From an uncultured Nitrospiraceae bacterium (lineage in GTDB: Bacteria; Nitrospirota; Thermodesulfovibrionia; Thermodesulfovibrionales; SM23-35): 64,000 nucleotides of DNA. The position numbers and the translations under genes are program-made. The notes under the pieces were generated by a model, which was not told the origin of the DNA, did no database searches, and was given only the letters and a program-made list of their open reading frames with translations. Location of the stretch: positions 768,001 to 832,000 of the forward strand of contig CAVSHB010000002.1 in NCBI GenBank assembly GCA_963727775.1, given 5' to 3'. Within the stretch, counting starts at the first letter, position 1. The number at the start of each line of letters is the position of its first letter. Positions 27,612-36,355 of this stretch are shown piece after piece.

Positions 27612-27770
27612 TCAATATTTAAGAAAGAGCGGTTTATGAATTTTAGGTTTCTTATCTTTCCCACCTTTTTTATGCTTAGGAGAGCGGCACATATTGCAGC
27701 GCACTTCGCTGCAGTATTGGCAAAAGGTGCAGTCGGGGCACGGGTTCTTTTGCAGAGTTTTCTTTTCCAT
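27612..27770 (-). CDS. Small six-cysteine protein (52 aa, not in the ORF track)
   Basis: MEKKTLQKNPCPDCTFCQYCSEVRCNMCRSPKHKKGGKDKKPKIHKPLFLKY*. Confidence 0.65.
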   Translation of the reverse strand: MEKKTLQKNPCPDCTFCQYCSEVRCNMCRSPKHKKGGKDKKPKIHKPLFLKY

Positions 27771-27825
27771 AGTTATATTTTACAATCTTTTACTGGTTTA
27801 ACGTTTATGTGTATCAACTGAAATA

Positions 27826-28617
27826 ATGCATATCGTCGGCATATACGATCTTGGTAAGGAGAAGGAAAACCTGGCGGGCGCTTTGGCAGCGGCCTTGGGC
27901 AGGACTAACTGCGAGGCTATGGCCCGCTTGCGTGCGCCCGGAGAAGGTCCGCTGATCGTTGCTGTTTTTGCCATGGCGGAGCAGGCAGGGCTTCTTTCTG
28001 AAAAGCTCCGGTATGCCGGGTTTAAAGCAGTGGTCCTCACTGCGGATGAGATAGAGGCGGAAAAACATGCACGAATAGTGAGACGGTTCGGGCTTGGTGA
28101 TCAGGACCTGTTTATTGAAACGGACAAAGCTGAAAGGCTCACTGTCCCTTTCCTTGATATAGCACTTATCCTGCGCGGGACCGGGATCGTGAGCGCTATG
28201 TCCTCCGAGACGCTCAAGAGCCGCTCGGTGAGCCTGGGGCGTGCGGTGCTTTCCGGCGGGATGATGATCAGTAAGACCAAAAAAGATGTTCGTGAGGTCA
28301 GGACCGAGGAAAGGGAAGGTTTCGTCAACCTGTATGCGGGAGGTGCGCCGACCCTCGTTTTCAGAGAGAATTCCATCGCATATGATTCGCTCGGTCCCGA
28401 ACTCAGACCTTCACGCGCAGCGAACTTCGTCTATCTTGTGTCCGAATTTCGCCGGCGCTGCACAACCGCCCGGTATGACGAGCGTCTGCTGACCAGAGCG
28501 GGGCAGGCCTTTCTGCTTGGTCCTTCGCTTGTCCCCGAAGAGAGTCCGGCCATTGCCACGGCGCTCCTTGCAAAGACACTCCGTTTATTGTTGCAATCAA
28601 AGACTGAGATTTCGTAA
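27826..28617 (+). CDS. Hypothetical protein
   Basis: 263-aa ORF with protein-like composition; family not recognised. Confidence 0.7.
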   Translation: MHIVGIYDLGKEKENLAGALAAALGRTNCEAMARLRAPGEGPLIVAVFAMAEQAGLLSEKLRYAGFKAVVLTADEIEAEKHARIVRRFGLGDQDLFIETDKAERLTVPFLDIALILRGTGIVSAMSSETLKSRSVSLGRAVLSGGMMISKTKKDVREVRTEEREGFVNLYAGGAPTLVFRENSIAYDSLGPELRPSRAANFVYLVSEFRRRCTTARYDERLLTRAGQAFLLGPSLVPEESPAIATALLAKTLRLLLQSKTEIS

Positions 28618-28646
28618 AATAAGAAAAATAACAGGAGGTAATTGTT

Positions 28647-28691
28647 ATGTGTAAAAAATGCAGTTGTGGAAAAGGCGGCAAAAAGAAATAA
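28647..28691 (+). CDS. Putative 14-aa Cys/Lys micropeptide
   Basis: AGGAGGT RBS 7 nt upstream; MCKKCSCGKGGKKK*; hairpin plus T-tract downstream. Confidence 0.55.
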   Translation: MCKKCSCGKGGKKK

Positions 28692-28719
28692 ATAGAAAGC
28701 AAGGTCCACTAAGGAACTT

Positions 28720-28753
28720 TAGGGGCGGGACAAAGATTCCGCCCTTTTTTTTA
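28720..28753 (+). terminator. Rho-independent terminator
   Basis: AGGGGCGGGA-caaaga-TTCCGCCCT followed by a T-run. Confidence 0.7.
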
Positions 28754-29128
28754 TTTCTTCTCAATATAATAAAGGACTTTACTGCCGGAGGTTACAACCT
28801 GCGATATCCGAAAGCCTGCGTCGAATAATTGATTGAGTCGAAACTCATATGTAGTTAGTGCGGCGCTGTAACAAGTTAATGTGGTATCGGGAAATGCGAA
28901 TTGATTCAATAAAAGCTTTTTATCTTTTGGGGTACAAACAATAATGCTAAGTGAGTCCAAAGGCCCGTTTGAGCTTGCCTGAATTTCCATTGCTACATTC
29001 TGAACAAAATCAGGACTTAATCTGCCACTGATGTTATATTCACAAGAATTCGGGCCGCTATTTTTATCGCAATCGAAAGCAAACGCGAACGTTGGGAAAA
29101 ATAACAGGATAATTATTATTTTTTTCAT
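28751..29128 (-). CDS. Hypothetical secreted protein
   Basis: Signal peptide MKKIIIILLFFPTFAFA; AGGAGG RBS. Confidence 0.7.
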   Translation of the reverse strand: MKKIIIILLFFPTFAFAFDCDKNSGPNSCEYNISGRLSPDFVQNVAMEIQASSNGPLDSLSIIVCTPKDKKLLLNQFAFPDTTLTCYSAALTTYEFRLNQLFDAGFRISQVVTSGSKVLYYIEKK

Positions 29129-29203
29129 GCCATATCCTCCTTCTTATACGCGTATATCTATTTATACCAGAATGGATAACAAAATATAAGTGGCTATGTT
29201 GAC

Positions 29204-29560
29204 CTACGGACAGGCATATTTCCTGCACCGCAGGGGCCGTTTGTCGTGGATGCCGCACTTAAAGGTCACGCGGTCGAGGTGAGGACAATATCCATCCGCA
29301 TCGCGGGCGATATAAAAAGGGCGTTCGGGATTGTATTTGATAAAGCTTTTTCCGACTTCCTCTTGTGTAAGGGCAAATGCATAGGTGCAGCAGATAGCCC
29401 TGCAAGATTCGGTTCTCGCTCCGCAGTCGACTTCTGCCTCAGGTTCTGTATCGTCCTCCAGCCCGTAGACCTTGCCGGCGATCATAATCATATGTTCGAG
29501 CGCAATCTCCAGAATTTTTGCCCTCTCTGCTTCCGAGATAGGGAGCGATCCGGCGGTCAT
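29204..29560 (-). CDS. YkgJ/CxxCxxCC-family Fe-S or zinc cluster protein
   Basis: C...CRAICC...CPHL...CGIHDKRPLRCRKYAC; start set at ATG 29560. Confidence 0.8.
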   Translation of the reverse strand: MTAGSLPISEAERAKILEIALEHMIMIAGKVYGLEDDTEPEAEVDCGARTESCRAICCTYAFALTQEEVGKSFIKYNPERPFYIARDADGYCPHLDRVTFKCGIHDKRPLRCRKYACP

Positions 29561-29561
29561 A

Positions 29562-30284
29562 TTAAAAGTTTCCGCGCGAGAGTCCCCGGATAATCCGAAC
29601 GGCGTCCTCGATTGTGTTTGCTCCCTGGATATAATCCAAATCATCGGGACTGATGGTGCCCTCGGCAAGCAGCGTGTCCCGCAGGAAACGGCGGAGATGG
29701 TCCCAGAAATCTCTCACCATCCCTACAACCGGGAAGCGTTCGAGCTTTCCGGTCTGGGCGAGTGTGATCACTTCGAAGGCCTCATCCAATGTCCCGAAAC
29801 CGCCCGGCATCACGACGAAGGCCGTGGAGTACTTTACGAGCATTACCTTGCGTATGAAAAAGTGCTCGAATTCGATGAACTTGTCGAGATACGGATTTGG
29901 TTTCTGCTCAAAGGGAAGCTTGATATTGCAGCCGAGACTTAAGCCGCCGCCTTCCTTTGCGCCCCGGTTTGCGGCCTCCATAATCCCGGGTCCGCCGCCG
30001 GTCATGACTGCATAGCCTGCATTGGCGAGTGCGCGTCCAAGCTCACGGGCAAGCTCGTAGTAGCGATGTCTTTCCTGAAAACGCGCCGAGCCGAAAACCG
30101 TGACGCAAGGCCCGTCAAAATCAAAACTCTCGAAGCCGTGCAGGAACTCAAGAAAGAACCTAACTGCGCTCTCGAGGTCTTCGCCCCGTTTCCGGCGGCC
30201 CGAGAGAAAGAGTTTCTCCGCGCCCACGACCTGACCGAGCAGAGAAGAGGACTGTATCATGTCCGACAAGCCTTTGTTATTCAT
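29562..30284 (-). CDS. LOG-family (TIGR00730) nucleotide phosphoribohydrolase
   Basis: VTVFGSAR, TGGGPGIMEAAN and PGGFGTLDE motifs. Confidence 0.92.
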   Translation of the reverse strand: MNNKGLSDMIQSSSLLGQVVGAEKLFLSGRRKRGEDLESAVRFFLEFLHGFESFDFDGPCVTVFGSARFQERHRYYELARELGRALANAGYAVMTGGGPGIMEAANRGAKEGGGLSLGCNIKLPFEQKPNPYLDKFIEFEHFFIRKVMLVKYSTAFVVMPGGFGTLDEAFEVITLAQTGKLERFPVVGMVRDFWDHLRRFLRDTLLAEGTISPDDLDYIQGANTIEDAVRIIRGLSRGNF

Positions 30285-31275
30285 AAAAATACTCCTTTTT
30301 TGTAATATGCTTTTTTAATGAAAGAATCCCTTGATGCTCTGCAGTGGAAGGAGTCGGTTTAAAAGGCCGTTCCTGATCAAAATCAGGCAGGTAATGGGCC
30401 TGACTTTCGAGTTTCTGTATAAATGCGTTTTCCAGGCCAAGCTCAAGCGCATAGTCCGTGATCTCATCATATTCGTCTTCTGTCAGGGTCCGGTTTATCC
30501 CTGGAAAATCACGCGCCTTATATTGAGGTGAATACTGCGACATGATGCTGACGTGAATATCCGGAGACAGGTCCGCCAGAAAGGTGAGGCATTGCCGACT
30601 GTTCTCCAGACAGTCCGGCAATACAAGATGACGGACCAGCACTCCGCGCTCAGCGATGCCATCGTGACCCATTACCAGGTAGCCCACCTGATTCAGCATT
30701 TCCCTGAGGACGCCGGGGACTATATCAGCATAATCGTCTACATTAGAAAATTTTTCCCCGGGTTCATTTTCCAGATATTTGATATCCGGAATATAAATAT
30801 CCACAAGGCCCCTGATCTGCCGGAGCGCATCCACTGAATCATAACCATTGGAGTTATACACAACCGGCACCACAAGCCCCTTTCGCTTTGCCGATTGAAT
30901 GGCAGCTGCCATCTGAAAAATCATATGTGAAGGTGAAACAAAATTGATGTTGTGAGCGCCTTCATCCTGAAGCCGCAGCATCTCAGATGCAAGCTCATCT
31001 GTAGTCAGGGTCCTGGTGCGGCCTTGCTGAAATTCCTGGCTGATCTGATAATTCTGGCAAAACACGCAGCGCAGATTGCATCCGCTAAAAAAAATGGCGC
31101 CTGAACCATTGGTGCCGGAAATAGGGGGTTCTTCACCAAAATGCAGGCCTGCATGGGAAATCTGAATGCCGGAGCCGACCCTGCAAAAACCGGTTTTATC
31201 TTCAAGTCTGTTCACCCCGCATCTGCGCGGGCAACATTCACATTTTTCCAGCTGATTTGTTAATAACTGATTCAT
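30277..31275 (-). CDS. PflX-like radical SAM protein
   Basis: CECCPRRC, HFGEEPPISG, CNLRCVFC and VRHLVLP motifs. Confidence 0.88.
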   Translation of the reverse strand: MNQLLTNQLEKCECCPRRCGVNRLEDKTGFCRVGSGIQISHAGLHFGEEPPISGTNGSGAIFFSGCNLRCVFCQNYQISQEFQQGRTRTLTTDELASEMLRLQDEGAHNINFVSPSHMIFQMAAAIQSAKRKGLVVPVVYNSNGYDSVDALRQIRGLVDIYIPDIKYLENEPGEKFSNVDDYADIVPGVLREMLNQVGYLVMGHDGIAERGVLVRHLVLPDCLENSRQCLTFLADLSPDIHVSIMSQYSPQYKARDFPGINRTLTEDEYDEITDYALELGLENAFIQKLESQAHYLPDFDQERPFKPTPSTAEHQGILSLKKHITKKEYFYE

Positions 31276-31596
31276 TTAGCTGTGTTACCTGCTCAAACAA
31301 CAATTAATACATCTTCTGCAGTATATTTACCAGGAACTACTGTATCCGATATTTTGTTCATAATCCGCTCTTGAATTGATTACCACTTATAATCTATATT
31401 TTTATAAAGTATATCATGGATGCGGCGAATGAAATGCGCATTTTCATGACGAAAGTATACGGCGAGTGGCTCTGTTGTATCTGTAGGAGGTGCAGTTTTA
31501 CAGTTTATTTCCTCAAATCGTCTAAGGGTTCCTCAAAAAAGGAATATAAACAGAGTTGCTTGTTTCTAACATGACGGATTCATTAGAAAGTTTAGT

Positions 31597-31612
31597 TGGC
31601 ACGGATTTTGTA
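31597..31612 (+). promoter_or_regulatory. sigma54-like promoter
   Basis: TGGCAC-GGATT-TTGTA, one mismatch at -12. Confidence 0.55.
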
Positions 31613-31650
31613 TTCTTTATCAATCAGGTAGTTAATTCCAGTTAGGAAAG

Positions 31651-32016
31651 GTGGTGAAAAAGATGAAAAGAATTATAGCGCTTATGACAGCAATCCTTTT
31701 CGTGCTTGGCATTTCAGTTGTTTCTTTTGCAGCCGAAGCAGTGAAGCCTGAGACTAAAGCTACGAAGGCAGTTGAAGACAAGGCAGCACCTAAGAAGAAG
31801 GTAGCCGAAGACAAGAAGGCAGCAGAAAAGATGACTGCCGAGGATAAGGCAGCAGAAAAGAAGAAGGCGGCTGAGGAGAAGAAGGCAGCCAAGAAGAAGG
31901 CAGCTGAGGACAAGAAGGCGGCCAAGAAGAAGGCAGCTGAGGACAAGAAGGCGGCCAAGAAGAAGGCAGCTGAGGACAAGAAGGCAGCAGAAGAGAAGCC
32001 GGCACCAAAAAAATAA
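31651..32016 (+). CDS. Secreted Lys/Ala/Glu-rich low-complexity repeat protein
   Basis: Signal peptide ending VSFA, then KKKAAEDKKAA repeats. Confidence 0.85.
   Translation: MVKKMKRIIALMTAILFVLGISVVSFAAEAVKPETKATKAVEDKAAPKKKVAEDKKAAEKMTAEDKAAEKKKAAEEKKAAKKKAAEDKKAAKKKAAEDKKAAKKKAAEDKKAAEEKPAPKK
31858..31989 (+). repeat. Coding tandem repeat, 33 bp x4
   Basis: AAGAAGAAGGCAGCTGAGGACAAGAAGGCGGCC-type unit. Confidence 0.9.
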
Positions 32017-32025
32017 TTAGTTTCC

Positions 32026-32067
32026 AAGAGCGGGGCAACGATCAAGTCATCTTTGCCCCGCTTTTTT
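32026..32067 (+). terminator. Rho-independent terminator
   Basis: AGCGGGGCAA...TTGCCCCGCT followed by TTTTT. Confidence 0.8.
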
Positions 32068-32116
32068 GTCTTCAAACGCGCATATTTTAATTAGTATCAG
32101 TATTGGAGGTGTGTAT

Positions 32117-32926
32117 ATGAAAGATAGGGAGAAGACAAGAAGGCATCTCATGAGTAGATTAGATGGTCTGCGTGAGGGGATAGATAAACTGCAAGAAGCG
32201 ATGGGCGAGTTTCAAAAATCAGAAGAGCAAATGCAAGAAAAACTTATCGAATATGAAAAATTATCCGCCATCGGCAGACTTACCGCTAATGTAGCACATG
32301 AGATACGAAATCCGATTACGGTCATCGGAGGGCTGACGGAAAGATTAAAGAAAAACTTTGTTCAAGAACCGAAACAAAAGGAATATCTGGATCTGATTTC
32401 ATCGGAGGTAAAAAAATTGGAAGAAATTTTAAAGGATGTTCTTATTTTCTCCAATAAAGCTGTTTTCAAAAGGGAGATGCAAGATATTCATAAGATAATT
32501 AATGATTCTTTAAATACTTATAAAGATAAATGTGAATACATAAATATAAATAAATTATTTGGCTATATTCCCCATATATATATAGATGAAAAACAAGTTC
32601 GTTTTGCAGTAGACAATCTCATATCAAATGCTATTGACGCGATGCCCGATGCAGGAGTGCTGACTATTATCACAAATGTAGAATCTTTAAACGGGAAAAA
32701 CTATGTTACTTTAAAAGTAATGGATACAGGAGTAGGCATTTCAGAAGACAAATTAGCAATGATATATGAACCTTTTTTTACTACAAAAACAACTAAAGAA
32801 GAGGCATGGCTGGGACTTCCTATAACGAGAAAAATTGTAGAAGGTCATGGTGGGTTAATTAAAGTAGATAGTGTTGTTGGAAAGGGGTCTACTTTTGCTC
32901 TTTATTTTCCATATAGAGCAAAATAG
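32117..32926 (+). CDS. Cytoplasmic histidine kinase without a sensor domain
   Basis: AHEIRNP H-box, NLISNAIDA N-box, DTGVG G1, EPFFTTK F-box; G2 degenerate (EAWLGL). Confidence 0.88.
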   Translation: MKDREKTRRHLMSRLDGLREGIDKLQEAMGEFQKSEEQMQEKLIEYEKLSAIGRLTANVAHEIRNPITVIGGLTERLKKNFVQEPKQKEYLDLISSEVKKLEEILKDVLIFSNKAVFKREMQDIHKIINDSLNTYKDKCEYININKLFGYIPHIYIDEKQVRFAVDNLISNAIDAMPDAGVLTIITNVESLNGKNYVTLKVMDTGVGISEDKLAMIYEPFFTTKTTKEEAWLGLPITRKIVEGHGGLIKVDSVVGKGSTFALYFPYRAK

Positions 32927-33013
32927 CAACATCACTCTTTTCAATAGGTTCTTGATTGTCCGGTCAAGCCGGATAATGATAAACACTGAGTTTATGGACA
33001 GACTCTACTTCGT

Positions 33014-33898
33014 TTAATTCGAGATATTAACGGGAATGCCCTTCTTCTCTTTGAGAGCTGAAAGCATCTTTATCTTGTCGATGTTTTCATATAGGTTCTT
33101 TTGCCGGAGCAGCCTTACGGCTTCATCATAATAATTAATGCGTAAAAATGGGTCCTTGTGTGCCTCTAAATAGACATTATTATTTAAGACGCCGATTTTT
33201 ACCGGCTGGCGTATAATGTTCACTTTGGTGCCGTTGGGAACAACCTGGAATAGCTTCGGTATATCTTCGGGATAAAGCCTTAAACAGCCGTGACTGGCTC
33301 TTCTGCCGACTGCAAAAGGTCTGTTTGTCCCGTGGAGTAGGATAGTGTTCGCGGAGAGCCTCAATGCATGAGAACCCAACGGGTTATCAGGCCCGGCGGG
33401 TACTACCCTCGGCAACTCCGGTTTTTCTTTCCTGATGGATTCAGGAACATGCCAGCTCGGTTTGACTATTTTCTCCGCCACCTTGTAAGTTCCAATAGGA
33501 GTTTCATTGCCTTCGCTGCCGATCCCTATAGGATATGTCCTGACTATGCCACGGTTCTTTTTTGAAAAATAATAGAGTCTCATTTCAGAGAGGTTTATTA
33601 CAATCCCGTCGTAGGCCGTCATATCCGGAATTACCCACGAAGTGGCCATCGTGACGTTTTTGCCGTCTCCCGGAATAAACGGATCAAGCCCGGGATTTGC
33701 ATCGGTTATCGAGTTATAACCGATTCCGAATTTCCTTGCTATCTCGATGAGGGACTCGTTTCCCTTAATTTTATACGTTTTCATCGAGCCGATTACTGTG
33801 CTGTCATGAGAATAGGGATAAATCTCAAAAGCATCTGATGATGCAGGTGATAAGACAGTAAGCGCAAGAAAAAAAATCAGAAGGATTCGAATATGCAT
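33014..33898 (-). CDS. L,D-transpeptidase (ErfK/YbiS family)
   Basis: INLSEMRLYY, GPDNPLG and HGTN...SHGCLRL motifs. Confidence 0.92.
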   Translation of the reverse strand: MHIRILLIFFLALTVLSPASSDAFEIYPYSHDSTVIGSMKTYKIKGNESLIEIARKFGIGYNSITDANPGLDPFIPGDGKNVTMATSWVIPDMTAYDGIVINLSEMRLYYFSKKNRGIVRTYPIGIGSEGNETPIGTYKVAEKIVKPSWHVPESIRKEKPELPRVVPAGPDNPLGSHALRLSANTILLHGTNRPFAVGRRASHGCLRLYPEDIPKLFQVVPNGTKVNIIRQPVKIGVLNNNVYLEAHKDPFLRINYYDEAVRLLRQKNLYENIDKIKMLSALKEKKGIPVNISN

Positions 33899-33975
33899 AT
33901 AAATGATATTAATAGACAGAGGGTATGAAATTCAAGCGGTATTCGTTGAATTGAATGCATAGAGAGGCAGTTCTC

Positions 33976-34731
33976 TTAGACAGCCATTATCTCCGATGAT
34001 GAGTAACGGCCGGCGGTATAAAAGGCAAGGCCGCTTCCAACAATCTCAAGGTGGGTTTTTAACGCAACTGCCGGGGTATTATTCTTCTCGGAAAGATGCG
34101 ACAGGCATGCCCATTTAAGTTTATGGCCCGACTGAAGCAGTTCCGCGGCTTCTCTGTTCGAAAGATGCCCTTCCGGACCTTGAATGCGTTTCTTGAGGAA
34201 AGCAGGGTACGGGCCATTTGAAAGCATCTCTGGGTCGTAATTGCTTTCGATAAAAACTGCGTCGAGCGAGGCAATCACCGGAAACAGTTCTTTAAAGACA
34301 TGTCCCAGGTCTGTTAATATCCCCAGCTTTTTCCCGCCTGAGGAAATGACGAATGCCGCCCCATCTGCCGCGTCGTGAGGAGTGGGAATCGTCTGAACGG
34401 ATACTCCGCCGAATTGAATACTACCTCCCGCGAGAAAATAGTTCACATTATTTAATTTGCCCAGCCTGTTTTTGCTCTCAGCCAGAGTCTTCGGGGTGAT
34501 ATAGATAGGCAGGCCATATTTTCTTTGGTATATACCGGCACAACGGATATGGTCGGAGTGGTCATGTGAGATTATTAAGGCGTTGACTGAACGGATATCA
34601 CGGCCGTATGCCTCAAGCCTCCGCGCAACTTCAGCTCCGCAGATACCTGCGTCGAAGAGCACCCTCATGCCTCCAGTCTCAACATAAATGCAATTTCCGC
34701 TGCTTCCCGACTGAAGCGAAATTGCAATCAT
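33976..34731 (-). CDS. MBL-fold metallohydrolase (YycJ/WalJ-like)
   Basis: SGSSGN, SHDHSDH, HDA, TDLG, ESNYD and GHLSN motifs. Confidence 0.9.
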   Translation of the reverse strand: MIAISLQSGSSGNCIYVETGGMRVLFDAGICGAEVARRLEAYGRDIRSVNALIISHDHSDHIRCAGIYQRKYGLPIYITPKTLAESKNRLGKLNNVNYFLAGGSIQFGGVSVQTIPTPHDAADGAAFVISSGGKKLGILTDLGHVFKELFPVIASLDAVFIESNYDPEMLSNGPYPAFLKKRIQGPEGHLSNREAAELLQSGHKLKWACLSHLSEKNNTPAVALKTHLEIVGSGLAFYTAGRYSSSEIMAV

Positions 34732-34934
34732 CGGGTTGACCCCGAACTGTAAAGAAAGTTTTCCGGAAGACGGTTTAACATAAACAGTCTATTATAGTAG
34801 ATATTGTTAAAATTATCGGGGAAAAACTGAATTGAGGATTACGCCTTAACTACCGGCGCCGCAGACCCGCTATGACCGATTACCCTTTCTGTCACGCTGC
34901 CCATTAATGTCCAGGCGGCATTTATACCGATCAT

Positions 34935-35912
34935 TTATTTCATAAAAAACTGCGTAATATATTTTATCGCGAGGAGAACAATAATAACTCCAAGCATAAC
35001 TTTGATAAACTTCTGGGGAACGAATTTCTGGAACCGCGCGCCAAGGTATATGCCGATAAACCCTCCTGCGCCGAAGAGGAAACCGAGGAGCCAGTCAGGA
35101 GAAGTTACCATCCCGGCTTTGGCGGGTATTACGCTGTAAAAAATTACTCCTAAAATAGAGGTGATAAAAGTCCCCATTAGAGCTGCGCCGGCAACCGTGT
35201 AAACCGGCAGATGAAAAACTGCCACGCAGAACGGCGCAATAATTGCGCCGCCGCCGATGCCGTAAGTGCCGCCGATTATTCCGACGAAAAAGGCGAGAAA
35301 GAACATGGCGACTGTGCTGAATGAAAACCTCTCGCCCCAGAATTCGTATTCAACTTTTTTCAGGCTTACCGAAACGGTTTTTACAACAGCCTCGGGAGGC
35401 AGGCCTGAGGCCACTCTGCCTTTTTGCTGTTCTCTGATCTGTTTCGTCCTTTCCTTGAATTTATTTTCAAGCGCCTTCATCTTTGCTTTACCTTTTTTGG
35501 CCTTGCCCGTAATTTCATAAAGAAGACGTACGCCTATATAGAGCAATACGCATCCAACGAAAAGTTTAAATGTTCTCGGGTCAGGCAGGTAAATCACCCT
35601 GAGATAATAACCGATGAAAACACCCGGCAATGTACCCACAATGACGACCCATGTCAGAGGCCACGCCATGCGGCCTTCTTTGAGGTAGCGGTAAACCCCG
35701 CTCGGGATCGCTACAATGTTAAATACAAAGTTGGTAGCGCTCACGGAGGGACTCGTGAAATGAAGGAAGCTCATCTGGAACGGTAAAAGAAGAAAGGCGC
35801 CTGAAACCCCGCCCATAGAGGTGAAAAAGGAAACGACCAAGGCTACCAGAGGAGGAATGAAAATATAAGTCTTGACCCCCGATACAGGAAAAAGCATATA
35901 TAACAAATCCAT
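34935..35912 (-). CDS. TauE/SafE-family sulfite exporter
   Basis: GGVSGAFLLLP and YGIGGGAIIAP repeats; multiple TM segments. Confidence 0.88.
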   Translation of the reverse strand: MDLLYMLFPVSGVKTYIFIPPLVALVVSFFTSMGGVSGAFLLLPFQMSFLHFTSPSVSATNFVFNIVAIPSGVYRYLKEGRMAWPLTWVVIVGTLPGVFIGYYLRVIYLPDPRTFKLFVGCVLLYIGVRLLYEITGKAKKGKAKMKALENKFKERTKQIREQQKGRVASGLPPEAVVKTVSVSLKKVEYEFWGERFSFSTVAMFFLAFFVGIIGGTYGIGGGAIIAPFCVAVFHLPVYTVAGAALMGTFITSILGVIFYSVIPAKAGMVTSPDWLLGFLFGAGGFIGIYLGARFQKFVPQKFIKVMLGVIIVLLAIKYITQFFMK

Positions 35913-36146
35913 ATCAACCCTCCACCAAATTATTCATGCTAAAATTTACTATATCGCATAAAGAAAGACTCTCTGAAAAAGTATCTATAATTCCGATTTA
36001 AAAAGCAAATAAGATTTGCTTATATTTATATGTGCACAATTGGACAGACATAAAGCTTCAATGTGCTGTCATTCCCGCTCATTTTATTATGCACTTCGTG
36101 ATAATTGCATGATTGAAATCATCCGAAACGTTCATCTGATGTCTAA

Positions 36147-36176
36147 TTGACAGCTGTAGTTTGTACTTTGTATAGT
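36147..36176 (+). promoter_or_regulatory. sigma70-type promoter upstream of riboswitch 1
   Basis: TTGACA-N18-TATAGT ending about 10 nt before the aptamer. Confidence 0.6.
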
Positions 36177-36186
36177 ATACTCAATC

Positions 36187-36240
36187 GGCGATGGGGTTCG
36201 CCTCTAACCGTTCCGGACGATCGGAAATGATGACCCCTAC
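36187..36240 (+). ncRNA. Fluoride (crcB) riboswitch 1
   Basis: GGCGATGGGGTTCGCC...TAACCG...ATGATGACCCCTAC; P1 GGCG/CGCC, pseudoknot GGGGT/ACCCC. Confidence 0.9.
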
Positions 36241-36315
36241 TATGTCGGCAAAGAGCTGAGGGCTTAGAGCAGTAACTCTTGGAGGCTTGCAGACACGGTA
36301 GGGGTCTTTTAGTTT
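36232..36315 (+). terminator. Riboswitch 1 terminator (expression platform)
   Basis: GACCCCTAC (36232-36240) pairs with GTAGGGGTC (36298-36306), then TTTTAGTTT. Confidence 0.7.
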
Positions 36316-36355
36316 ATGTCCCCTCCGGTGGTGAGAATAAGGAGGAATGTTAAAG

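Noticed and set aside
31632..32075. Antisense ORF with AAFLSSAAFF repeats
   Set aside because: Mirror of the Lys/Ala repeat gene, which has the promoter, signal peptide and terminator
32950..33007. REP-like hairpin ATTGTCCGG-tcaag-CCGGATAAT and an ACAGACTCTA end also seen near 13797
   Set aside because: Short, degenerate remnants; too little to define an element
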